Origin: Gemmatimonadales bacterium
Lineage (GTDB): Bacteria > Gemmatimonadota > Gemmatimonadetes > Gemmatimonadales > GWC2-71-9
Assembly: GCA_037189525.1 (NCBI GenBank)
Contig: JBBCJC010000001.1
Span: 832,001 to 896,000 of the forward strand
Direction of reading: 5' to 3'
DNA: 64,000 bases
The translations under genes were made by a program, and so were the position numbers. Shown one piece after another: positions 48,887 through 57,577 of the stretch. The number at the start of each line of letters is the position of its first letter. The first letter of the stretch is position 1. Under the pieces are notes generated by a model, which was not told the origin of the DNA, made no database searches, and saw only the letters and a program-made list of their open reading frames with translations.

Positions 48887-50338
48887 TCAGATCACGTAGA
48901 GGTCGATGTAGTCGGGCACGGGCATCGCCTGCAGGCGATCCGAATCCAGCGAAACCGCAAGAATGGCCTGCTGCTGCTTGGCCGGGAATCGGCGCGCCAG
49001 GTTGGTGCGGAACTTGGCTTCCAGGAGCGGGATGCCGTCCGCTCGGCGACGACGATGCCCGATCGGGTATTCGACCACGACTTCGTCGAGGCGCGTCCCG
49101 TCGTTCAGCTCGACCGTGACGCCGTTCGCAATCGACCGCTTTTCCGGATCATGGTAGTCGGCCGTAAAGGCCGGGTCTTCGACGCAGTCGATCCGATCGC
49201 GCAGCGCATCGATACGAGGATCGGCTGCGACCTCATCCTCATAGTCCGCGGCCGTGAGCCGGCCGAAAAGCAGCGGCACTGCCACCATGTATTGGATGCA
49301 GTGATCGCGATCAGCCGGATTGTTGAGCGGCCCCTTCTTGTCGATGATCCGGATGCACGCTTCATGGGTACGGATCGTGACGCGAGTAATGTCGGCCGCG
49401 CTCTTGCCCTGATCCGTCAGCCGTCGGTGCAGCGTCATGGCGGCTTCGACGGCCGTCTGGCTGTGGAACTCCGCGGGAAAACTGATCTTGAAGAGGACGT
49501 TCTCCATCACATACGTCCCGAAGGAGCGCTGAAAGGCAAACGGCTTGCCTTTGAAAAGGACGTCATAGAATCCCCAGGTCGGCGCCGTCAGGACCGACGG
49601 GTATCCCATCTCACCCTTTTGCGTCATCAATGCCAGTCGAACGGCCCGGCTGGTCGCATCACCCGCAGCCCATGACTTTCGGCTGCCGGTGTTCGGCGCG
49701 TGACGGTAGGTCCGCATGCTCTGCCCGTCGACCCACGCTTGCGATACGGCATCGATGATCTCATCGCGTGACAAGCCGAGCAGATTACCGACCACGGCCA
49801 TACTGGCGACTTTGACGAGGACGACATGGTCGAGACCGACCCGGTTGAACGAGTTCTCCAGCGCGAGCACACCCTGGATCTCGTGCGCCTTGATCATGGC
49901 CAGGAGCACATCCCGCATCAGCAGAGGAGGCCGACCCGCTGCCACGGCCGTGCGCGAGAGCCAGTCGGCCACCGCGAGGATACCTCCGAGATTGTCCGAC
50001 GGATGACCCCACTCGGCCGCGAGCCAGGTATCGTTGAAATCGAGCCATCGGATCATCGTGCCGATATTGAACGCTGCCTGAACGGGATCCAGTTGAAACT
50101 GGGTACCCGGCACCCGCGCCCCGTTCGGTACGACCGTGCCCGGTACGATCGGACCGAGCAGCTTGGTACAGGCAGGATACGACAGCGCCTCCAGCCCGCA
50201 GCCGAGTGTGTCGATCAGGCAGTGGCGCGCCGTCTCGAGCGCCAGGTCGGACACGGCCGATCGGTCGACGGCATAGTCGGCGATGGCAACCAGGACATCG
50301 TCCGGCGCGGGTCGGATATTGGAAATGTGACTGCTCAT
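48887..50338 (-). CDS. prpD: 2-methylcitrate dehydratase
   Basis: [52 protein letters not shown]. Confidence 0.96.
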   Translation of the reverse strand: MSSHISNIRPAPDDVLVAIADYAVDRSAVSDLALETARHCLIDTLGCGLEALSYPACTKLLGPIVPGTVVPNGARVPGTQFQLDPVQAAFNIGTMIRWLDFNDTWLAAEWGHPSDNLGGILAVADWLSRTAVAAGRPPLLMRDVLLAMIKAHEIQGVLALENSFNRVGLDHVVLVKVASMAVVGNLLGLSRDEIIDAVSQAWVDGQSMRTYRHAPNTGSRKSWAAGDATSRAVRLALMTQKGEMGYPSVLTAPTWGFYDVLFKGKPFAFQRSFGTYVMENVLFKISFPAEFHSQTAVEAAMTLHRRLTDQGKSAADITRVTIRTHEACIRIIDKKGPLNNPADRDHCIQYMVAVPLLFGRLTAADYEDEVAADPRIDALRDRIDCVEDPAFTADYHDPEKRSIANGVTVELNDGTRLDEVVVEYPIGHRRRRADGIPLLEAKFRTNLARRFPAKQQQAILAVSLDSDRLQAMPVPDYIDLYVI

Positions 50339-50377
50339 GTATGCTCGTCGGCGCGAGGCGCCGGATCGGGTAAACGC

Positions 50378-51571
50378 CTAACGCGCATCCAGCGGCACAT
50401 AGGGCCGTTCATCCGGCCCGATGTAGTTCGCGCTGGGGCGAATGATCTTGCCATCGAGCCGCTGTTCGATGACGTGCGCCGACCACCCGGTCGTCCGCGC
50501 AATGACGAACAGGGGTGTAAACATCGCCGTCGGAACGCCCATCAGGTGGTAGGACACGGCGGAGAACCAGTCCAGGTTAGGAAACATCCGCTTCGCATCC
50601 CACATCACCTGCTCGATCCGCGCGGCAATCTCGAACATCCTGGTCGAGCCGGCCTCTTCCGACAGCCGCCGCGCCACGTCCTTGATCACGACGTTGCGAG
50701 GGTCCGACACCGTGTACACCGGATGGCCGAACCCGATCACGACCTGCTTGGCTTCGAGCAGGCGGCGAATGTCGGCCTCGGCCTGATCCGGATCGTCATA
50801 CCGCTGCTGGATATCGAAGGCGACCTCGTTAGCGCCGCCATGCTTGGGACCTCTCAACGCACCAATCGCACCCGTAATCGACGAGTAGAGATCCGACCCC
50901 GTGCCGGCAATGACTCGCCCGGCAAAAGTCGACGCATTGAACTCGTGCTCGGCATAGAGCACCAGCGAGGTGTGCATGGCTTCGACCCAGGAGCGCCGAG
51001 GTGTACGACCATGCAACAGATGCAGGAAATGCCCGCCGATCGAGTCGTCGTCGGTCTCGACCTCGATCCGTCGGCCATGGGTGGCATAGTGATACCAGTA
51101 GAGCAGAATCGAACTGAGTGACGCCAGCAGCCGATCGGCAATGTCGCGCGCACCGGCCAGCGGATGATCGTCCTTTTCCGGCAGCACACAGCCGAGTGCC
51201 GACACGCCGGTGCGCATGACATCCATTGGGTGAGTGGCCGCCGGAAGGCGTTCGAGCACATTCCGCACGTCGATCGGCAGGCCCCGCAACGATGCCAGCT
51301 TGGTCTTGTATGCTGCCAGGTCGGTTCGATTGGGGAGACTACCGTGAATCAGCAGGTGGGCCACTTCCTCGAACTCGCACTGCGCCGCAAGATCGAGAAT
51401 ATCATAGCCGCGATAGTGGAGGTCGTTCCCCGATCGACCGACCGTACACAACGCGGTGTTGCCGGCAGTGACGCCCGACAGCGCAACCGATTTCTTTGGC
51501 TTGGGACCTGAGGTCGAACCTGCGGAACCCCCGACCTCAGTCGGGGCGACGTTCGTTTCGGGAGAGATCAC
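50378..51571 (-). CDS. prpC: 2-methylcitrate synthase
   Basis: [51 protein letters not shown] before GTG. Confidence 0.95.
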   Translation of the reverse strand: MISPETNVAPTEVGGSAGSTSGPKPKKSVALSGVTAGNTALCTVGRSGNDLHYRGYDILDLAAQCEFEEVAHLLIHGSLPNRTDLAAYKTKLASLRGLPIDVRNVLERLPAATHPMDVMRTGVSALGCVLPEKDDHPLAGARDIADRLLASLSSILLYWYHYATHGRRIEVETDDDSIGGHFLHLLHGRTPRRSWVEAMHTSLVLYAEHEFNASTFAGRVIAGTGSDLYSSITGAIGALRGPKHGGANEVAFDIQQRYDDPDQAEADIRRLLEAKQVVIGFGHPVYTVSDPRNVVIKDVARRLSEEAGSTRMFEIAARIEQVMWDAKRMFPNLDWFSAVSYHLMGVPTAMFTPLFVIARTTGWSAHVIEQRLDGKIIRPSANYIGPDERPYVPLDAR

Positions 51572-51658
51572 GCGTCCTCCGGCCGTAACGCATCCTACGG
51601 TCGGGAACGGTGGTCAGTATGCTCCGGGCGGCAACGAGGAGAATACCCGACGACCGCA

Positions 51659-51805
51659 TCCTCTGACGCGAAGGACGCTGTCACTGCGATATGGCTCGTG
51701 GGCGGGCATTCGGGCTTGGCAGGAGTGCCTTACCGTTGCGCGACAGCGCCGGACTTTCACCGGCTTCCCCCGTATTGAGCCGACCACGACAGTCGGCCCC
51801 ACGAA
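51659..51805 (-). ncRNA. Cobalamin riboswitch (compact form) upstream of prpC
   Basis: Minus strand: P1 TTCGTGGG/CCCACGAG; GGGGAA-GCCGGTGAAAGTCCGGC-GCTGTCGCGCAACGGT; short P6 hairpin; AGCCCGAATGCC B12-box-like; P13 TCCTT-CGCGTCA-GAGGA. Confidence 0.85.
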
Positions 51806-51823
51806 CGTGCAACTTCCAAATCG

Positions 51824-51852
51824 AACGTAAGAGACGAACCCCCGGGGATCAA
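51824..51852 (-). promoter_or_regulatory. sigma70-like promoter for the riboswitch-prp-mms operon
   Basis: TTGATC-N17-TACGTT, placing the TSS just 5' of riboswitch P1. Confidence 0.6.
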
Positions 51853-51964
51853 GGCTGTCGGTTCCGGCAGTTTCGCTCCCAGCGCAACCTTTCCGACCGA
51901 ACCGCTCCCGAGGTCCACCGCCCACATATCGAAACCATGCGACGATTGACCGGAGACTCGCCGC

Positions 51965-52438
51965 TCAGCGCGCGGCGGCCGCCGGCTCGCGATGACTTCC
52001 CGAGGGACGGCGATGCGCACCGGACGTCCGAACCACCTCGTCTCCTGCCAGACGTGGTCGCTCGCGAGCCGCGACCGGCAACCGGCGACTCGCTCCGACT
52101 ACCCGCCGCGCGATCTGGACACTGAGCAGGATCACGCCGAGCAGCAGATACCCGCCGACGAACACGGCCCAATGCAGCACATTCCCGTTACCAACCGGCT
52201 GCCCGTTGACCTGAATCGCCGAGGTGCGGGCGACATCCGGACCAAGCAGAGCGGCCAGGACCCACCCGGTGGTCCATAAGCTGGCCACGATGCCCACCGC
52301 AATCGCGGCCTGCACCGTCGCCGACCTGGCCGCCCGCCGATCGCCGCGATTGCGGATCAGATTCCGCAACGGCAGCAGCACGGCCGCCGCGAGATAGAAG
52401 AGCCCGCCGACGCCGGCCCCAGGAATTCCCACCGTCAT
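51965..52438 (-). CDS. Small membrane protein (~3 TM)
   Basis: Hydrophobic segments; starts 2 nt after the GT2 stop. Confidence 0.7.
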   Translation of the reverse strand: MTVGIPGAGVGGLFYLAAAVLLPLRNLIRNRGDRRAARSATVQAAIAVGIVASLWTTGWVLAALLGPDVARTSAIQVNGQPVGNGNVLHWAVFVGGYLLLGVILLSVQIARRVVGASRRLPVAARERPRLAGDEVVRTSGAHRRPSGSHREPAAAAR

Positions 52439-52440
52439 TA

Positions 52441-53502
52441 TCAGTGCCCTTTCTCGTACGCAAGGAGCGGCCGGCCACGCACGACTTCGCGCCAGACAGC
52501 GCTCACGAAGAAGACGGCGTTGACCGTTCGGAGGACGAAGAAGCCGGGCACGCTTGCCAGCGCCTTACCGACTTCGCCTCGTGGTACCGCTCCCACCATG
52601 ACCGGGACGAGCACCGCCGGAAGGTCGATCACATAGCCGAGCAGCAGGTAGGGATTTCCGAACGCAATGGCCAGCGCCGGCAGCAGGAACAGATAGGCCA
52701 GCGACGCGATGACGGCATCCCAGCACGAGACCGCAACCGCGCTCCGCAGGAACGGAACCTCGAGCAAGCCGCGCCAATGGAGCCGCACGTTCTGCACGAA
52801 CCCGTGCGACCACCGCCGCAGTTGTTTCCGCATGAACGCGAAATCGTGCGGTTCGATCGGCCGGCAGAGCGCTTCCGGAACGAAGCGCACCTTGTGGCCG
52901 CGTTGATATAACGTCCAGGTCAGATCCATGTCCTCGGCGACCGTGCGCGTCTGCCAGCCGCCGGCGGCTTTGAGGATCTCGGTTCGATACATGGAAAAGC
53001 AGCCCGAACTGATGAACGGTGTCCCGTATCCGTCCTGGACCCGCTTATAGAAGGTGAAGGCAAAGAGATACTCGAGGTACCGCCCCCGCTCCCAGATGGT
53101 TTCCACATGTCGAGGGATCACGGAGCCGCAGGCGGCCGCAACTTCGGCATCGTCGAACGCATCGATCAGCCGCTCGATCCCGTCGGGCGCCAGGGTCGTA
53201 TCCGCGTCGACCGCCATGACGAGCGGGGTGGTCACCTGGAACAACGCAAACTGCTGCGCACCGGCTTTCGAGCCGGTATTGCTGGGAGGACGGACCACCG
53301 TTGCGCCTGCCGCGCGCGCAATATCGCCGGTGCCGTCATTCGAGCCGTCGTCGATCACGATGATCTCGGCCGGCGGCACCGTCTGCCGCTGCAAACTCGT
53401 GATCGTATCCGCGACGGACGCGGCTTCATTATAGGCCGGAATCAAGACGGTGACCGGCAAGCGTGGCCTGTTGTCGGCCCCAGATAGTTGCTGCAAAGAC
53501 AT
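52441..53502 (-). CDS. Processive-type glycosyltransferase family 2
   Basis: IPAYNE, DDGS, KAGA, DAD, VAED, QLRRW; C-terminal TM helices. Confidence 0.9.
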   Translation of the reverse strand: MSLQQLSGADNRPRLPVTVLIPAYNEAASVADTITSLQRQTVPPAEIIVIDDGSNDGTGDIARAAGATVVRPPSNTGSKAGAQQFALFQVTTPLVMAVDADTTLAPDGIERLIDAFDDAEVAAACGSVIPRHVETIWERGRYLEYLFAFTFYKRVQDGYGTPFISSGCFSMYRTEILKAAGGWQTRTVAEDMDLTWTLYQRGHKVRFVPEALCRPIEPHDFAFMRKQLRRWSHGFVQNVRLHWRGLLEVPFLRSAVAVSCWDAVIASLAYLFLLPALAIAFGNPYLLLGYVIDLPAVLVPVMVGAVPRGEVGKALASVPGFFVLRTVNAVFFVSAVWREVVRGRPLLAYEKGH

Positions 53503-53663
53503 CGTGGCGCGAATCGACTCAGACGGAGGAGACTATTGCTGCAAGCATCTCCCCGTGGACGTTTTATCACCCGATCACGCACACGCAGCCGACGAAGCGA
53601 AGCGATTCCCTGCACGACCGACGCAACGGTCGGCCGGAATTGCGACAGAAGTTCGCGACAGTC

Positions 53664-55268
53664 TCAGGATCCGGACCGAGCGGGGCCACGCAGCACCCGG
53701 CCCGGGGTGGCGCCGGTGAGCGAACCGTCTCGCAGAACTGACACGCCATTGATATAGATATGCACCATCCCCACCGAGAACCGGTGCGGGTCCTGATAGG
53801 TAGCCAGATCCGCGATCCGTTCGGGATCGAAAACCACCAGGTCCGCATACATCCCTTCACGCACCTGGCCCCGCTCCCGCTGGCCGACCTGCTCCATCGA
53901 CAGCGAGGTCATCCGCCGAATCGCTTCCTCGAGCGACAACACCTGCTGCTCCCGGACATACCGGGCCAGGACCCGCGGAAAGGCGCCGTAGCTCCGCGGA
54001 TGAGGGAAGCCGCGACCGTAGCCGACCGAATCACCGTCGGTTTCGATCATGGCAAAGGGATGCTGCAGCACCCGCACGACGTCCGCTTCGTCCATCATGT
54101 GATAGATGGCGCTGAATCCTCCGGCCAGCTGCAGTTCGATGGCCAGTTGCACTCCATTCACCGCGTTGATGGCAAGACCGCGATCGCGGGCCAGATCCGC
54201 CATCGTCTTGCCGTTGTACGACGGATTGGACGGAAGCACCCGGAACTGAATCCGCTCGAGTTCGTCGCCCGCCCAGTCGAGCCGCATCCGTTCCAGCATC
54301 TCGGCCTCGAGCCTGGGCCGGATGCGCGGATCATCGACGCGCGCCCTGAGTGAATCGACTCCGCCGGCCAGCGCCCAACCGGGAAACAACACGCCCGAAT
54401 GGGTACTCCCGGCCGTGTAGGGATAGACGTCATGCTTGACGTCGAGACCGCGCGCCCGCGCCGAGTCGATCATGGCGATGGTGGTGCGGGTCCAACCGAA
54501 CTGACCGGCACCGGCCGCCTTGTGGTGATTGATCTGCACCGGAATCCGCGCTTCGTCCGCAACCCGGATCGTCTCGCGCACGGAGGCCAGCAGGCCGCGG
54601 GCTTCGTCGCGCATGTGCGTCACGTAAATGCCGCCATGCCGCGCCGCGACCTTGGCCAGTTCGATCACCTCCTCGATCCGGGCATAGTTGGCGGGCACAT
54701 AGAGCAAACCCGTGCTCAAGCCGAGCGCGCCGTCCCGCATGTTGGCCTCGACCATGGCTTTCATCTGCTCGAGTTCGGCCGCGGTCGGCGCACGGTTGGC
54801 CAATCCCATCACGGTACGGCGAATCGAGGTATGCCCCGCGAAGTATCCGACGTTCGGGGCCGTCCGCAGACGATCGAGATACGCACCGAGCGGCCAGGGC
54901 GTATCGCCGCTGTGGACCGGAGTCAGGAGCGTGGTGACGCCCTGGAATAGAAAGTTTTCTGCCAGCGGGCGATTGTGGATATCGGTCGCCACGTGCGCAT
55001 GATGGTCAACGAATCCCGGCGCCACGACCAGCCCGGTGACATCGAACTCGACCCGCCCGCTTCCCGCAGCGATGCCGTCTCGCGCCACCCGGACGATCCG
55101 ATCTCCCTGAAGCGCCACATCCGCCCGGAATCGTGGCGCTCCGGACCCGTCGACCACCGTTCCGCCACGCAGCACGACATCGTACTGCTGTGCGTAGGCC
55201 CGACCTGGGCCGGCAACGACCGCCAGCCAGACACCCAGCAACGAAACGATCGAGGAGACACGGGCCAT
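53664..55268 (-). CDS. N-acyl-D-amino-acid deacylase family protein, secreted
   Basis: VVDGSG, APGFVDHHAH, GLSTGLLY, THMRDE, DVYPY, HPRSYGAFPR; start placed at MARVSS (uncertain). Confidence 0.88.
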   Translation of the reverse strand: MARVSSIVSLLGVWLAVVAGPGRAYAQQYDVVLRGGTVVDGSGAPRFRADVALQGDRIVRVARDGIAAGSGRVEFDVTGLVVAPGFVDHHAHVATDIHNRPLAENFLFQGVTTLLTPVHSGDTPWPLGAYLDRLRTAPNVGYFAGHTSIRRTVMGLANRAPTAAELEQMKAMVEANMRDGALGLSTGLLYVPANYARIEEVIELAKVAARHGGIYVTHMRDEARGLLASVRETIRVADEARIPVQINHHKAAGAGQFGWTRTTIAMIDSARARGLDVKHDVYPYTAGSTHSGVLFPGWALAGGVDSLRARVDDPRIRPRLEAEMLERMRLDWAGDELERIQFRVLPSNPSYNGKTMADLARDRGLAINAVNGVQLAIELQLAGGFSAIYHMMDEADVVRVLQHPFAMIETDGDSVGYGRGFPHPRSYGAFPRVLARYVREQQVLSLEEAIRRMTSLSMEQVGQRERGQVREGMYADLVVFDPERIADLATYQDPHRFSVGMVHIYINGVSVLRDGSLTGATPGRVLRGPARSGS

Positions 55269-55415
55269 GGAGCACGTCCTGTTCGGATGGCAAGTCATCG
55301 GATCGCTCAATAATAAGTCACCGCCGGGGGCTGGATATCGCGCGTAGTGTGGCCGAAATTGCGAAGGGCGTCTCCCAGAAAACGCCGTCCACCATGCCCG
55401 AACCGCGAGCCTGAC

Positions 55416-56660
55416 ATGAATCTCTTCCAAGCGCCGCCCATTGCTTCCGTCTTTCTCTTCCTGGCGAGCACCGCGTGCGCGCAGAAGCCCCAGGAAACCC
55501 CGGCCGTCGTGGACACCGGCCGAGACTGCGCGCCGCTCGAGACACGGGAGCATAGCGCGCCCGGCCGGCCGCCGGTCAACCCGGGTCAGACACGTGCCTG
55601 CGCTGCCCCGTCCAACGTGGCCTTCAACGTCACGGTCGTCACCACGGGGCTCGAGCATCCCTGGGCGGTGGAGCCGCTCCCGGGCGGAGACCTGCTGGTT
55701 ACGGAAAAGCCCGGACGGATGCGCATCGTCTCGGCGGCGGGGCAGATCGGTGAACCGCTCGGCGGCGTGCCCGCGGTTGATCCGCGAGGACAGGGCGGCC
55801 TGCTCGACGTGGCGCTAAGCCCGAGCTTCGAAACCGATCGCACCATCTACTGGAGCTTCACCGAACCGCGTACGGGCGGCAACGGCACCAGCGTTGCACG
55901 CGGGGTGCTGTCCGCCGATCGCCGCCAGCTCGAACAGGTCCGGGTCATCTTGCAGACGATGCCCACCTACGAGAACAACATGCACTACGGTTCCCGGCTG
56001 GCCTTCGGTCCGGATGGGATGCTCTACGTCACCACCGGGGAGCGCTCCAGCATTCAGACCCGTCCGCAAGCGCAGGACCTAGGAAGCCACTTCGGCAAAG
56101 TTCTACGCATCAAGCCCGAGGGCGGCGCGCCGGACGACAATCCCTTCGTCGGGCAGTCGGGTGCGCTGCCGGAGATCTGGAGCTACGGCCATCGGAACAT
56201 CCAAGCTTCCACCTTCGATACCGAAGGCCGGCTCTGGGAAGTCGAACATGGCCCGCAAGGCGGCGACGAACTCAACCTGGTGCAGAAGGGCAAGAACTAC
56301 GGCTGGCCGCTCGCCACGTACGGCCGGGAATACTCCGGGCGTCCGGTCCCGAATGCGGGGACCACCCACGAAGGTACCGAGCAGCCCGTCTACTTCTGGG
56401 ATCCGGTCATCGCCCCGTCGGGGATGGTCTACTACACCGGCAGTGCCTTCCCGGCATGGCAGGGAAGTCTGTTTGTCGGCGGTCTGCGGGATGCGCGGCT
56501 GGTCCGGCTGGTGCTCACCAACGGACGCGTCACCGGCGAGGAGCATCTGCTGATCGACCGCCGCCAGCGAGTCCGCGATGTCAAACAGGGGCCTGATGGC
56601 GCGCTCTACATCGTGACTGACCAGGCCAACGGCGAACTCTGGAAGCTCGCTCCGCAGTAA
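55416..56660 (+). CDS. PQQ-dependent sugar dehydrogenase (YliI-like) lipoprotein
   Basis: STAC; GLEHPW, GQGGLLDV, HYGSRL, GHRNIQ, EHGPQGGDELN, NYGWP. Confidence 0.92.
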   Translation: MNLFQAPPIASVFLFLASTACAQKPQETPAVVDTGRDCAPLETREHSAPGRPPVNPGQTRACAAPSNVAFNVTVVTTGLEHPWAVEPLPGGDLLVTEKPGRMRIVSAAGQIGEPLGGVPAVDPRGQGGLLDVALSPSFETDRTIYWSFTEPRTGGNGTSVARGVLSADRRQLEQVRVILQTMPTYENNMHYGSRLAFGPDGMLYVTTGERSSIQTRPQAQDLGSHFGKVLRIKPEGGAPDDNPFVGQSGALPEIWSYGHRNIQASTFDTEGRLWEVEHGPQGGDELNLVQKGKNYGWPLATYGREYSGRPVPNAGTTHEGTEQPVYFWDPVIAPSGMVYYTGSAFPAWQGSLFVGGLRDARLVRLVLTNGRVTGEEHLLIDRRQRVRDVKQGPDGALYIVTDQANGELWKLAPQ

Positions 56661-56669
56661 CGCCAACCG

Positions 56670-56697
56670 GGCGGGCCGCGATCACCAACGGCCCGCC
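56670..56697 (+). terminator. GC-rich hairpin after the sugar dehydrogenase gene
   Basis: GGCGGGCCG...CGGCCCGCC; no clear U-tract. Confidence 0.4.
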
Positions 56698-56755
56698 TGC
56701 TAGACAGGCCCGCAATCGATCGATAGACTTGGTTCGTCCACCTCGGGACGGGCCC

Positions 56756-57577
56756 ATGACCAGTCGAGCGCTGTTCGCACAGCTCAGAGCCGCCGTAATC
56801 ATCGGCGCGCTCGGCACGCCCGCCTCCGCGCAACAGGTCCTGCGCGGCACCATCTCGGACGATTCGACCCGCCGCGCAATCGTCGGCGCCGAAGTCACCT
56901 TCGACTCCGCAGGTACCGCGCGCGTCATCAGCGACCGGGGCGGCCGCTACCTGATTGCGGTTCCGGCCGGCGCCACGTCGATCATGGTCCGCGCCGTAGG
57001 ATACCGTCCGTTGACGGCGCCGATCGCAGCTGGCGGGAACGACACCACGATCGTCGATTTCCGGCTCACGGGTCAGGCCGTCCGTCTGCCCGACGTCATT
57101 ACCTCCACCGGCCGGCCCGCCACGCCGAGCGCGCGGACGATGGAGTTCGAGCGTCGGCGCCAAACCGGGACAGGTGCGTACCTCACTCGAGCACAGCTTG
57201 CGCAGAACGAGGCGCTCTCGCCCTCCGCTTTGCTCCGGGTCCTCCGGGGCATGCGTCTGATACCGCGACCCTCGTCGTGCGGCGGCGGATACGCGGCGGC
57301 AACCCTTCGCACCGGGTCCGCCGGGCAGAAACTGCATTGCATCTCTGATCCCAGGCAAACGTTCCCGGCCGGATGCTATCTGTCGATCGTGCTGGACGGA
57401 CGATCGCTCTGGGCCTATGACTCGCCGGAACCGCCCAACATCGACGAATTCACGCTCCACAACATGGAGGCGATCGAGCTGTACCGCGGAGCCGGCGAGA
57501 TTCCGCCAGAGTTCAACCAGTCAGGCGCTTCCTGCGGGGTGCTGGTCCTCTGGAGCCGAGTCGGAGGCGATCCATGA
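56756..57577 (+). CDS. CarboxypepD_reg-like + TonB-receptor plug-like protein with no barrel
   Basis: Signal peptide; GTISDDST..IVGAEV, VRAVGY; FERRR..G.G; IELYRG..EIPPEF..CGVLVLW. Confidence 0.75.
   Translation: MTSRALFAQLRAAVIIGALGTPASAQQVLRGTISDDSTRRAIVGAEVTFDSAGTARVISDRGGRYLIAVPAGATSIMVRAVGYRPLTAPIAAGGNDTTIVDFRLTGQAVRLPDVITSTGRPATPSARTMEFERRRQTGTGAYLTRAQLAQNEALSPSALLRVLRGMRLIPRPSSCGGGYAAATLRTGSAGQKLHCISDPRQTFPAGCYLSIVLDGRSLWAYDSPEPPNIDEFTLHNMEAIELYRGAGEIPPEFNQSGASCGVLVLWSRVGGDP

Noticed and set aside
53540..53555. Possible sigma54 promoter upstream of the GT2 gene (CGGGGAGATGCTTGCA, minus strand)
   Set aside because: The GG-N10-GC spacing fits, but the -24 element lacks GGCAC; too weak to call.
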